Assembly: GCA_964524845.1 (NCBI GenBank) | Contig: CAZGFX010000003.1 | Coordinates: 31,051-95,050 of the forward strand | DNA from: an uncultured Gammaproteobacteria bacterium | Lineage (GTDB): Bacteria > Patescibacteriota > Patescibacteriia > CAZGFX01 | Direction: 5' to 3' | Length of the DNA: 64,000 nucleotides | In this document: in pieces, positions 21,341 to 32,075 of the stretch | Layout of the letters: each line of letters opens with the position of its first letter | Position numbering within the stretch: the first letter of the stretch is position 1 | Notes under the pieces: generated by a model | Told to the model about the DNA's origin: nothing | Seen by the model: the letters and a program-made list of their open reading frames with translations, nothing else | Databases searched by the model: none | Position numbers and translations under genes: made by a program

Positions 21341-22113
21341 TATTTGCTTCCCTTCACCACGACCTTCGTTCCAACATCGGCCCACGCATAGAGTTTTTCT
21401 ATTTCTCCATCTGGAACACGAACACAGCCATTTGTGCGCGGTTCTCCAACAATATTAATACCCAAAACACCGGTTGGCTTGATTGTTCTTCCGTGAATTC
21501 CATATTTTCCATTTGAAAAATCCATCCACCATGGCATCCATACTTTTCCGACTCGCGACCACGCTTTCGTAATCTTGTTGCGAACGGAGAATTCTCCCTT
21601 TGGTGTTTTCTGATCCGGTTTCCCTGTTGATACATAAAAAGAACCAACTTCTATATCACTGAGAAAATAAGTGAGTGTTTGTTTATCTGTATTTATAATA
21701 ATTTGTTTTTCGAGTTTTATTTCACCTTTGATTCGCGGATCGTATCCATTATCAATTTCTGTCTTATCATAATGTCCGTCGCCATCCGTATCCCGATTAA
21801 TCATTGATAATTTGTTTTTGAGTTCCATCGCATCCGAAAGCCCGTCACCATCAAAATCAGTTTCATCAAGACGCTTTCCGGCGCTATGTGGACTGTATCC
21901 ACTGGCAATTTCCACATTATCATCATATCCGTCACAATCCGTGTCTTTCTGATTCGGATTCGTTCCATAAACAGTTAACTCTATTTGATCGGATATCGTA
22001 TCGCCATCAGAATCTATTGAAACAACATCTTCTTGAGCAAAACAAAACACAGGTAATATACACAACAACCCGCATACAAATAAATTTTTAATCAAGAATT
22101 GGACCAACTTCAT
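21340..22113 (-). CDS. Secreted L,D-transpeptidase (YkuD domain) with thrombospondin type-3-like Ca-binding repeats
   Basis: Signal peptide. DxDxDG-type repeats (DSDGDTISD, DTDCDGYDD, DFDGDGLSD, DTDGDGHYD). C-terminal ...HGT...TNGCVRV catalytic Cys motif. Confidence 0.75.
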   Translation of the reverse strand: MKLVQFLIKNLFVCGLLCILPVFCFAQEDVVSIDSDGDTISDQIELTVYGTNPNQKDTDCDGYDDNVEIASGYSPHSAGKRLDETDFDGDGLSDAMELKNKLSMINRDTDGDGHYDKTEIDNGYDPRIKGEIKLEKQIIINTDKQTLTYFLSDIEVGSFYVSTGKPDQKTPKGEFSVRNKITKAWSRVGKVWMPWWMDFSNGKYGIHGRTIKPTGVLGINIVGEPRTNGCVRVPDGEIEKLYAWADVGTKVVVKGSK

Positions 22114-23113
22114 ATCGTTCTAATGTTCGAGGAGAAATGTTTTTAATCGGACCGGATTGATATTTTTTAAGCACCTCCGGCGAAGGAATGTATCGTAAAA
22201 CATCTTTTTCTATCATATATATTCGCTTTGTCTCCGTGTTACGAACAAGCATACCGCTTTGTATGGATCGTTCGTTAACGATAGGATTATATCCACTTGC
22301 AATCTCAGCACCATCCGAATATCCATCGTTATCCGTATCTGCAACAAATAAGTTTGTTTTGTGTTTCAGCTCTTCTTTTTTTGTTAAACCATCCTTATCG
22401 CCATCTGTATCTACGGATTTCGAAAGTTTGTTTGTTGTAAACAGCACAACCGGACTTCCTGTCTTTGTCTTTTTCGGATGCACATAATTACGAAGAGAAT
22501 TCATAATCACAGTGTATGAATATACATAATTCTTACCGCGGCGCGTGCCAGGTTCCTGTGTAATAAACTCCTGTTTTGTGTCATCATATCCTGAAATGAC
22601 GAACACATGATAATCCGGTCCTCCGTTTCGAAAGTTTGGGTTTTTGAGATCCTTGCCATGCGCTAGCGCTATAACTGGTCGACCTTCGTCAATTTCTTTT
22701 TTTATATCATCAAGCGTAGGCTTTTCTTTTATAATCGTCTCGAAAGAGAAAAAATTGCTTGCGAGCATATCTATATCTTTTGCATCGGTATCCTCATAAT
22801 ATCCTAGAACATTTTTTTGTATATCAACAATTGAAAGAATATCACGCGCCGCCGTATCCACATCAAGTGCGTTCCCAGTATAAAAATGTTCCACCATGAC
22901 AAGAGTCGCCTCCTCACACGCCTCATGCCATGGGGCTGACCAGTCTCCTTTTGGCGCTTGTACAGTAAAAGGAACCGGTAGGTTTTTCGGCTTGGAAATG
23001 ACTTTTTCTTTTTGTTCAGATGGCTTTGTTGGAATAACTACATTGGTCGCCTTCGTATAGTTTCCATACAAAAAAAACACAGGAAAAACAATAATGAAAA
23101 CAAGATATTTCAT
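22088..23113 (-). CDS. Secreted C39-like (papain-fold) peptidase-domain protein with TSP3-like repeats
   Basis: WHEACEEA Cys and DYHVFVISGYDD His in the expected order. DTDGDKDG and DTDNDGYSDG repeats. Overlaps the downstream LDT gene by 26 bp. Confidence 0.55.
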   Translation of the reverse strand: MKYLVFIIVFPVFFLYGNYTKATNVVIPTKPSEQKEKVISKPKNLPVPFTVQAPKGDWSAPWHEACEEATLVMVEHFYTGNALDVDTAARDILSIVDIQKNVLGYYEDTDAKDIDMLASNFFSFETIIKEKPTLDDIKKEIDEGRPVIALAHGKDLKNPNFRNGGPDYHVFVISGYDDTKQEFITQEPGTRRGKNYVYSYTVIMNSLRNYVHPKKTKTGSPVVLFTTNKLSKSVDTDGDKDGLTKKEELKHKTNLFVADTDNDGYSDGAEIASGYNPIVNERSIQSGMLVRNTETKRIYMIEKDVLRYIPSPEVLKKYQSGPIKNISPRTLERYEVGPILD

Positions 23114-23191
23114 ACACTAAGTATATCAAAACATTAGAAAACAAAAAAGGAACACACAACACAATGTATTCCTTAAAATATTGTTTTGTAA

Positions 23192-23734
23192 TTATTGTAT
23201 CTGAAGAGTTTCTAACATCTTCATATGCGCATCATCAGATGCATCGAAATAAATTTCGTAATTATAATTTGATCCAATAACCAAATAAATATCAAGTTTG
23301 TTCTCCGTTCCTCCTGCAGTACCCAAAAACTGATATGCGACATGTCCTGCTATTGTTGTTTTCTTCTCGCTCAAAATTTTGGAAATAACAGATCCATCTT
23401 CCTGTTTTCCTTGAGATTCATAATATTTTTTGTAATCATCGAGTTTCATATGGTGCGCATATATCATAAGCGGTCTATGCTGTCCCTCAAATCCTTCAAA
23501 AAAGAAAAATATACGGTCTTTTCCATTGCTTTCTGAAACTCGTGAACCACACTTGTTAATTGAAAACTTAAAATCAGCGCTCGTATACAACTGATCACTC
23601 GTGCATGAAACTTTTTTCAAACTCTCATCAATAGGTTTTGGATCGGTGTTCGTATCAACTGGTTTATCCGTATTAAAAAGAGAGCACGACGCAAGAAACA
23701 CGGAAAGAAACGAGAATAAAAATATTTTTTTCAT
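23192..23734 (-). CDS. Hypothetical lipoprotein
   Basis: Start reset to MKKIFLFSFLSVFLASC, which has a lipobox. A TTGCAA-17-TATTAT promoter lies upstream. Confidence 0.55.
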   Translation of the reverse strand: MKKIFLFSFLSVFLASCSLFNTDKPVDTNTDPKPIDESLKKVSCTSDQLYTSADFKFSINKCGSRVSESNGKDRIFFFFEGFEGQHRPLMIYAHHMKLDDYKKYYESQGKQEDGSVISKILSEKKTTIAGHVAYQFLGTAGGTENKLDIYLVIGSNYNYEIYFDASDDAHMKMLETLQIQ

Positions 23735-23785
23735 ATGATTATAATGATAATACGAAAAAAACACCTTTTTTGCAAATAAAAAACA

Positions 23786-23818
23786 ACTCTTAAAAACTGA
23801 GTTGTGTTTACATAACAA
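23786..23818 (-). terminator. Intrinsic terminator ending the 16S/tRNA-Ile transcription unit
   Basis: acaactc...gagttgt hairpin followed by ttttttattt on the minus strand. Confidence 0.5.
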
Positions 23819-23916
23819 AATGAAAAACAAAAGATAGTCTGCCATCCGTAGCGCGAAGAGTGAATTGGTGGATTTCAGTGGCCCCGCCACGAGTGAGAAG
23901 CGAAGCGACGAACGAG

Positions 23917-23993
23917 TGGTGGGCGTACCAAGAATCGAACTTGGGACCTCAACATTATCAGTGTTGCGCTCTAACCAGCTGAGCTATACGCCC
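23917..23993 (-). tRNA. tRNA-Ile (GAT)
   Basis: GGGCGTATAGCTCAGCTGGTTAGAGC...CTGATAA anticodon loop...GGTTCGATTC...CCA. Confidence 0.9.
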
Positions 23994-24170
23994 GTGAAAA
24001 ATATTTTATAAGTCTAATACTATATACTATTTGATTAAACATCAATAGTTTGGTAACCCGCCCTGCAGACGAACGAAGTGAGTCGTGCAGGGAGCTATAC
24101 GCCCGTGAAAAATATATTCTAAATAAATAGTATTGAACCTTGAAAAAAACATCAATGGCTTGGTAACCCG
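23978..24170. repeat. Tandem roughly 115-bp duplication in the 16S/tRNA-Ile spacer, including a 24-bp copy of the tRNA-Ile 5' end
   Basis: gagctatacgcccgtgaaaaatat occurs at 23978 and 24093. catcaatNGNttggtaacccg occurs at 24050 and 24150. The hairpin ccctgcagacgaacgaagtgagtcgtgcaggg lies between them. Confidence 0.8.
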
Positions 24171-24624
24171 AATATTACAAAATACTGCTCAATGATAATA
24201 TATTTTTTTATCTTTTTCAATACTATGGACTTTGAACTGTTTTATATTACTTGAAATATTTGAGACAAACGCGTTTTTAATAAAAAACGACACCTTCCAT
24301 AAAGAAAGATACCGTTCACGTATAGTGTTATTATTATATCTAATTTTATACTTTTGTCGAGATTATTTTGATTTTATAATCTCCATATACAACCAATAAA
24401 ACATTTTTAGAAACAAAAAACGCCAGATTTCGATAATTCACAAGCAAAAAATTAAAAACTCATACAAAATAAAAAATGTTAGATTTCGCAAAATCTAACA
24501 TTTTTTTAACAACAGAATATAATAACCAGACTACTGTCCCACTTCCGATCATCCGTCTGTACAGAGCGGACAATCTCGACCTGCTTCGTAAAAGCAAGTT
24601 TGCTTTCACACCATATATCCCTAG

Positions 24625-26122
<1,498 letters not shown>

Positions 26123-26275
26123 CAAAACATCTGCCGCGAAAAAAATCGCGAAAGATATCAAATTTTGGTTTATAAAGGAATTGGGACCGTAATATCTCAA
26201 ACCAAGATATTGACGGTCTGGTTATTATATTCTGCTGTCAACGTACCAAATTGACCTCTTACGAAGTCGTGTGTG

Positions 26276-26303
26276 ATTTTAGCAAAAATAAGCTTCTAGT
26301 CAA
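26276..26303 (-). promoter_or_regulatory. Candidate 16S promoter (TTGACT-16-TAAAAT)
   Basis: Read on the minus strand about 160 nt upstream of the 16S 5' end. Confidence 0.35.
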
Positions 26304-26456
26304 TAGTATAGATGGGTAATCGACACTTTGTGCACAGTAAAACAGCTTATAAATAAGCAATTTTTTTCATATTGACTGTTTTTTTTAAAACAAATACCGT
26401 ATTATAAATAAAAAATAAAAACTTAAAATACTTATAACAAATAAAAAGGAGGTCTT

Positions 26457-26834
26457 ATGAATGATATTTTGCCTGAACAAGATTGTGTTATTTCAGAAAA
26501 AGTAAAAAAAGCAGTAAAACATGCGGACGGACTATTGTTCGTAAAAGTCACATCAAGAAACCCAAGGATAATGCCAGTTAAAAATGCAAGTAAAATATTT
26601 TTGTTTTTAACAGGCGACGATAAAAAACCAATTGAATTATCAATTTCAAATGTTTGTTCTATTCTTGGAAAAGACACGTTCAACACGCAAGATATGTGGC
26701 ATAATACATGCGAACAAGACACAAAAAAACTATGTCAAGAAGTTGCGAATCTTCTTGGAAAAGAAATATACCATCAAACCGGATTCGTTCAAGACAATGG
26801 TCTTAGCGCATTAGGTCCTTTTATTCCAGAATAA
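26457..26834 (+). CDS. Hypothetical protein
   Basis: GGAGG RBS. Terminator at 26846-26880. Confidence 0.55.
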   Translation: MNDILPEQDCVISEKVKKAVKHADGLLFVKVTSRNPRIMPVKNASKIFLFLTGDDKKPIELSISNVCSILGKDTFNTQDMWHNTCEQDTKKLCQEVANLLGKEIYHQTGFVQDNGLSALGPFIPE

Positions 26835-26935
26835 ACAATTTAATAAATAAACATCCTTCGATAAACTCAGGATGTTTTTTATTACAATCAAAATAATATT
26901 TTTAAAAGTAATTGTTCTATCCCTCACGTCATTTA

Positions 26936-27766
26936 TCAATCGATCTTCTTAATCAAACGAACGAGTGTTTTTGCTTTTATTCCATTGCCTTTATTATCTC
27001 TATTTGCGTCAAAAATGACCGTTTCTTTATTTTTTCTATTTTCTTCTCTCCATTTTTTTATCTTTGCATGATCGCCAGAAAGAAGCACATCAGGTACTGA
27101 TAATTTTTTATTTCCTATTTTAATCTCAGCCGGCTTCGTATACTGCGGATATTCGAGATAACCTTCGACACCATGCGACTCTTCATCAAGAGAACACTTC
27201 TCTCCTAGCACCCCGGGAACAAGCCGTGCCATCACATCAACAATAACGGCGGCGCCAAGCTCTCCTCCTGTCATAACATAATCACCAATACGAATCGCAC
27301 CATCAATACACTCATAAATTCGATGATCGACTCCTTCATATCTTCCGCAAATCAAAATAATCCGATCATATTTTTTCACAAAATGACAAGCTGTTTTTTG
27401 ATTAAAAGAATCACCGTTCGCAGCAAGAAGGAAGATACCCGTCCTCATGAGGGCGCGCGCGGACTTTTCTGTCCGTAGAGATTTTTCCATCTTATGAAAT
27501 TTTTTCCAAGCTTGTGATCCATATGGACGAAGCTTTTTGAGTGTTTTGTATATCACGTCGAAAGAGATGATCATTCCAGCACCGCCGCCATATGGAGTGT
27601 CATCAACATGTCTATATCGTCCTTTCCCAAATTCGCGCATATCATGAAAATATAACTGTATTTTCTTCTCTTTCCGCGCGCGCCCTAGAATAGACTCGTT
27701 TATATATGAATCAAGTGAATGAGGGAACAACGTAACTATATCGAACCGCAAAGATTTCTTTTTCAT
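26936..27766 (-). CDS. trmD: tRNA (guanine37-N1)-methyltransferase TrmD
   Basis: MKKKSLRFDIVTLFP N-terminus and SPOUT-knot C-terminal region typical of TrmD. Confidence 0.85.
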   Translation of the reverse strand: MKKKSLRFDIVTLFPHSLDSYINESILGRARKEKKIQLYFHDMREFGKGRYRHVDDTPYGGGAGMIISFDVIYKTLKKLRPYGSQAWKKFHKMEKSLRTEKSARALMRTGIFLLAANGDSFNQKTACHFVKKYDRIILICGRYEGVDHRIYECIDGAIRIGDYVMTGGELGAAVIVDVMARLVPGVLGEKCSLDEESHGVEGYLEYPQYTKPAEIKIGNKKLSVPDVLLSGDHAKIKKWREENRKNKETVIFDANRDNKGNGIKAKTLVRLIKKID

Positions 27767-27834
27767 ATACTAATGGTATAAAAAAAACGAGACATTGTCA
27801 CCCACACAACTAATTCGCAATTTAAAAAGAAAAA

Positions 27835-28701
27835 TTGTATAATATAGGTACAATAATAAAAACAATTATGAAACCTCTTCCACACGTATTGATATTAATA
27901 AAAAGATCATTGGAGCTGATATTTGAATATCCGAAAATAAGTTTTTTCTTTGGAGGTGTTCTTGCCATTCTTTCTTCAAAGACATTTACTCAATATATTA
28001 TGAATGGTGGCACAAACACCCCAAAAGGAATCGAACAAACAATATTCGTTATCGTTATAATGACAATTCTTTATTTAATTTTTTCTCTCTCGTTGCTCGT
28101 TTTCACAGGTAATGAGAAAAAAGAGGACAGCAACGCGACACGAGAGGAGTGTTTTTGTGTACTTATTCGTAACGCTCTTTTTATTATTCCAAAATTCATA
28201 GGAACAATATTTATGAGTATTTGGTATGTAGCGACCATGGCTTGGCCATATCTTATTGCCGGATCTTTGGCAATGATTCTTGCTTATGCTTATGGATTTA
28301 CCGCCTCTACCGCTCCGACAATGCCATTGGTTCAACTTCTTTTTACATCCGGGTTCATACTTGTTTGTATTTCATCAGCATACTACGGACTCAAAACATT
28401 TTTTGCCAGTATTGATGCAATTGCCGGAAAACAACCATCTTCTTGCATGGTTCATGTCACACGAAGTGTTGCAATGACACAACATCGTCTATGGGAACTG
28501 TTTCTTGATTTGACTGCGTTTGTTCTTATTATTGCAACAAGTATTTCAATTATTGCGTTTATATTTGTATCAATTATTGGTAATGATCCTGATATTGATC
28601 TATATATTGATATTTTTGACACATTTATAAATACACTGCTTCTTCCACTTCATATATACTTCTTGTATTTCCTATACAAAAAATATCGCGATTCACAATA
28701 A
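27835..28701 (+). CDS. Hypothetical polytopic membrane protein
   Basis: 288-aa hydrophobic ORF inserted between the KH-protein gene and trmD. Confidence 0.5.
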   Translation: MYNIGTIIKTIMKPLPHVLILIKRSLELIFEYPKISFFFGGVLAILSSKTFTQYIMNGGTNTPKGIEQTIFVIVIMTILYLIFSLSLLVFTGNEKKEDSNATREECFCVLIRNALFIIPKFIGTIFMSIWYVATMAWPYLIAGSLAMILAYAYGFTASTAPTMPLVQLLFTSGFILVCISSAYYGLKTFFASIDAIAGKQPSSCMVHVTRSVAMTQHRLWELFLDLTAFVLIIATSISIIAFIFVSIIGNDPDIDLYIDIFDTFINTLLLPLHIYFLYFLYKKYRDSQ

Positions 28702-28740
28702 TTGTTTTTTAATCTGACAAAAAGGATATTGAAAAACAAA

Positions 28741-28776
28741 AAAACACCCTTCGATAAACGAAAGGTGTTTTTGTAA
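28741..28776. terminator. Bidirectional intrinsic terminator between convergent genes
   Basis: acacccttcgataaacgaaaggtgt hairpin flanked by an A-run and a T-run. It shares the ccttcgataaac core with the terminator at 26852. Confidence 0.6.
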
Positions 28777-28788
28777 TGATTAAGTTTT

Positions 28789-29082
28789 TTATTCTTCATC
28801 ATCACCGACAATCTGACCACCGTCAGGCTTGTTCGGCTCGTATATTTTCAGGTTTACACGAGCATTATGGCGTGCACCAAACACACGTGCAAGTGTTCTG
28901 ATCGCACGTGCTGTTCGACCCATACGACCGATAATCTGACCCATATCAGCCTGGTTCAAATGCAACGTGATAAGAACACCTCGCTCATCAACTGTGCGTT
29001 CGGTCTTTACGTCATTCGGATTATCAACTAGAGGCTTAATAATATCCTCCACGTATTTTTGATCTACTTCCAATGCCATATG
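28789..29082 (-). CDS. KH-domain RNA-binding protein (YlqC/UPF0109-like)
   Basis: QIIGRMGRTARAIRTLARV matches a KH GxxG loop (GRMG). It lies in the conserved rpsP neighbourhood. Confidence 0.65.
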   Translation of the reverse strand, partial: HMALEVDQKYVEDIIKPLVDNPNDVKTERTVDERGVLITLHLNQADMGQIIGRMGRTARAIRTLARVFGARHNARVNLKIYEPNKPDGGQIVGDDEE

Positions 29083-29220
29083 CTTTTTTGATCTTATCTG
29101 TTTAGTATACGGAGCCTTAAAAAAATAAAACTCCAAGTCAATTATACACTAAATAATGAAATACGTCAAGTGTCAAGAATCTGAATATCAACAAGTAATC
29201 AACAAGTGTTTTTTTACAAC

Positions 29221-29265
29221 AAAAAACAGAGATTCATTTGGAAATGCTTCTCTGTTTTTAAAAGA
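29221..29265 (-). terminator. Intrinsic terminator (aacagaga...tctctgtt type), copy 1 of 3
   Basis: Near-identical hairpin plus T-run structures occur at 29221, 30486 and 30897. Confidence 0.6.
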
Positions 29266-29273
29266 AAAAACTA

Positions 29274-30410
29274 TCAATCATTCAACAATATAAACTCACC
29301 ATTAATTACTTTTTGAAACCGGTAGGTCAAACCAGAGATATCTCCATCTGAATTAAAACCATATTGCCCTAATCCACCATTATAAGCTTTTAAACTAGCT
29401 ATATAATCTTTTAATTTATCCGTATTTAGACCATTTTTTTTAATTCCTTCATATATAATATTCACTGCATCATATGCAGCAACTGTATTATATGGATATA
29501 CGGTCTGATGGCCATATTTTTTTTCAAAATGAGAAAGAACTTCTTTTGCCAAAGGATTATTGGGGAACGGCAGATTAATAGCAATGACTCCATCCGAAAA
29601 ATTACCAGCCGCCTCTAAAAAAGCAGGAGTTAAATGATATGCTAAAAATATCTGTTTTTTTAAATCAAGTTCCCCTGCCTGTTTTACAAAAAGACCAGCA
29701 ATTTTTGGTGTATTAGGATTAACAAAAATGGCATCAATCTCTAGGGATTTAAGTTTGGTAATAACAGAACGGTAATCAAAAGAATTAAGTGGTATTTCCT
29801 CATCAAAAACAACAGTGCCATTTAAATTAGAAAACTCTCTAATGAAAGAGTTCTTAAAACCCCTAGAATAATCTGTTGGTTCGGAAATAACGGCAATTTT
29901 CTTATAACTATTATTTAAGACGTAACGAGCAAGCTCTTTACCAGTAACAGAATCGCTTGCCGCATTTCTAAAAACAAAATCACTTGCACCAGTAATATCA
30001 GGGCTCGACGCACCAGAAGATAATACTAACACCTTGTTTTCATCTACAATCGGCACAATTGAAGAAATTTCACTACTACAACCACCACCAATAATTATTT
30101 TTACATTATCAATATTGATTAGTTTTTGAGCTGCACTGACCGAGAGTTTAGAATCGATGCATTTTCCATCTTCGTATATTACTTTTAATTGTTTACCATT
30201 TACACCACCCTCACTGTTGATTTTTTCTACAGCAATTTCTACGCCCCCTTTCATTGCTTCTCCATAATCAGGATCTACACCCGTAAGAGAACCTATGAAT
30301 CCGATTCGAACTTCTTGTGAATTTTGACGAGTGGAAATAAAAGCTATAAAAAAAATAACCAAAATTAAAAGACCAACAACTAATAATAAATTCTTCTTAA
30401 CAAATGACAT
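29274..30410 (-). CDS. Periplasmic substrate-binding protein (type-I PBP, LivK-like), orphan with no permease nearby
   Basis: Signal anchor, then IGFIGSLTG...YGEAMKGGVEIAVEKIN, typical of branched-chain-amino-acid-type SBPs. Confidence 0.65.
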   Translation of the reverse strand: MSFVKKNLLLVVGLLILVIFFIAFISTRQNSQEVRIGFIGSLTGVDPDYGEAMKGGVEIAVEKINSEGGVNGKQLKVIYEDGKCIDSKLSVSAAQKLINIDNVKIIIGGGCSSEISSIVPIVDENKVLVLSSGASSPDITGASDFVFRNAASDSVTGKELARYVLNNSYKKIAVISEPTDYSRGFKNSFIREFSNLNGTVVFDEEIPLNSFDYRSVITKLKSLEIDAIFVNPNTPKIAGLFVKQAGELDLKKQIFLAYHLTPAFLEAAGNFSDGVIAINLPFPNNPLAKEVLSHFEKKYGHQTVYPYNTVAAYDAVNIIYEGIKKNGLNTDKLKDYIASLKAYNGGLGQYGFNSDGDISGLTYRFQKVINGEFILLND

Positions 30411-30558
30411 AACTGTTTTTTAAAAATATTTATCTGCCACTAAGTGGTGTAAGTTTATCATTTTGTTAAAAATTAACAAATTATATAAACAAAAAACAGA
30501 GATTCATTAAAAATGTTTCTCTGTTTTCTTAAATATTAGATTCTTGTTTTGGTCTCTA

Positions 30559-30741
30559 TTATTCTTTTGGTTGTTCTGGTGTTTGTTCCTCAGAAGAAGC
30601 TCCTTCAACAACTGGTTGTGCACTCATTTCAGTTGTTTCTGTTTCTGTGGTCTCATGACCAGCTTCTACGTTGGTTTGTACTTTTTCTTCGGCTACGTTT
30701 CCTGCGGTTACAGGATTCTGTGTATTCTGTTCTTCTGTCAT
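30559..30741 (-). CDS. Small acidic protein duplicating the C-terminal tail of S16
   Basis: ...ASSEEQTPEQPKE matches ...ASEEQTPEQSKE at the rpsP C-terminus. It has its own terminator copy at 30486-30530. Confidence 0.4.
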   Translation of the reverse strand: MTEEQNTQNPVTAGNVAEEKVQTNVEAGHETTETETTEMSAQPVVEGASSEEQTPEQPKE

Positions 30742-30950
30742 ATTTTTTTGTTACTGATTATACGGAGCCTTAAAGACAATAAAACTCCTGATCGATTATA
30801 CACAAAACTATGAAATAAGCTAATTATTTAAATAATTTATGTAAAAACAAACCTTATAAATTAGTATATGGGTAAATAATCTATAATTTTTTTATTTAAA
30901 AACAGAGAGACACTGAATTTGTTCCTCTGTTTTTAAAAAATATCCTCTTC

Positions 30951-31568
30951 TTATTCCGGTTTCTCTTCTTCTTTAGGAGTTTCTTCTTTTGATTGTTCTG
31001 GTGTTTGTTCCTCTGAAGCTTTTTCTTCAACGATAGGTTCTTCTACAACTGAAGGTGTTTCAGCAACAGGTTGTTCTTGGGTTTTTTCTTCAACAACAAC
31101 TTGTTCTTCTGTCTTTGCTTCCTCAGCTACGCGAGCAGCTTCTGCATCGGATTTTGCTTTTTCTTCTGCCTCCTTCTTAGCTACTTCAGCATCGCGCTTT
31201 GCTTGTTCCTCAGCTTCTTTTGCAGCAATTGCCGCTTCTTTTTTCGCTTGTTCCGCTTCTTCAGCTTTCTTCTTTTCTTCAACGATGAGATTCTTGCGAC
31301 GGGTTGTCATTGTAATTACATTCTTCTTCTCTCCTTTTATAATTCCTTGATTAACGAGCATATTATGCATCGAATCCGAAGGTTGGGCGCCTTTCCTAAT
31401 CCACTCTTGAATTCTTTCTGTTTTCAAAACAACTTGTTTTGTTCGAGGATCATAATTTCCTACAATCTCAATATAATCTCCCCATGGATCTTTTGCTTTA
31501 TCCTGGACGATTATTCTATATGTTGGTTTCTTACGGCGACCAACTCTTGTCATTCTTATAACTACCAT
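30951..31568 (-). CDS. rpsP: 30S ribosomal protein S16 with a roughly 120-aa K/E/A-rich C-terminal extension
   Basis: MVVIRMTRVGRRKKPTYRIIVQD... is canonical S16. It is followed by a low-complexity EAxKKEA tail. Confidence 0.85.
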   Translation of the reverse strand: MVVIRMTRVGRRKKPTYRIIVQDKAKDPWGDYIEIVGNYDPRTKQVVLKTERIQEWIRKGAQPSDSMHNMLVNQGIIKGEKKNVITMTTRRKNLIVEEKKKAEEAEQAKKEAAIAAKEAEEQAKRDAEVAKKEAEEKAKSDAEAARVAEEAKTEEQVVVEEKTQEQPVAETPSVVEEPIVEEKASEEQTPEQSKEETPKEEEKPE

Positions 31569-31957
31569 ACCTAAATTTAGTTAAACTAGCCTAAAAATTA
31601 ATTAAAGACAGAGGAATAATAGAGAGTGAAATGAGTTTTGTCAATAATAAGCCATCTACATGTTACGAAACAACCTTCCGTATCGTATAATCGTATATAA
31701 TAGTATATAAAGACTGAAAAATATTGATTATTTAGAAAAAACGCTCTTATCTATCTAAAAACCTCTGTTTACAAGATTTTTTTAACTTAAACACAACTAG
31801 GGCTTGACAAATCCAACCAAATAGTATATCATTATAAGATTTAAAAGTAATTTAAATAACACACACTAATCGAGAAGTTGGTGTGAAAACAATAAACGAA
31901 AACAAGGCATAGAATTTTATGAGGCGGAAGTAAATTACATTTTTTAAACCCGTCCTG

Positions 31958-32003
31958 ATGGATAACTTCATCGGGACAGGAATAAAGAAAATAATTAACA
32001 GTA
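31958..32003. repeat. 45-bp element, copy 1 of 2, flanking the surface-protein gene
   Basis: ccgtcctgatggataacttcatcgggacaggaataaagaaaat here versus cgccctgatagaattatctatcggggcaagaataaagaaaat at 34512. Confidence 0.7.
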
Positions 32004-32075
32004 TTTAAAAACAGACATCGCTTTAGTTGTGCGGTGTCAAAAACTTAAAACGTGCCAAAAGCACAGGAGGTTACT

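Noticed and set aside
30544-30813. Plus-strand ORFs 30544..30813 and 30549..30773 (Phe/Leu-rich)
   Set aside because: They are antisense to the acidic S16-tail paralogue, have shadow-frame composition, and lack an RBS.
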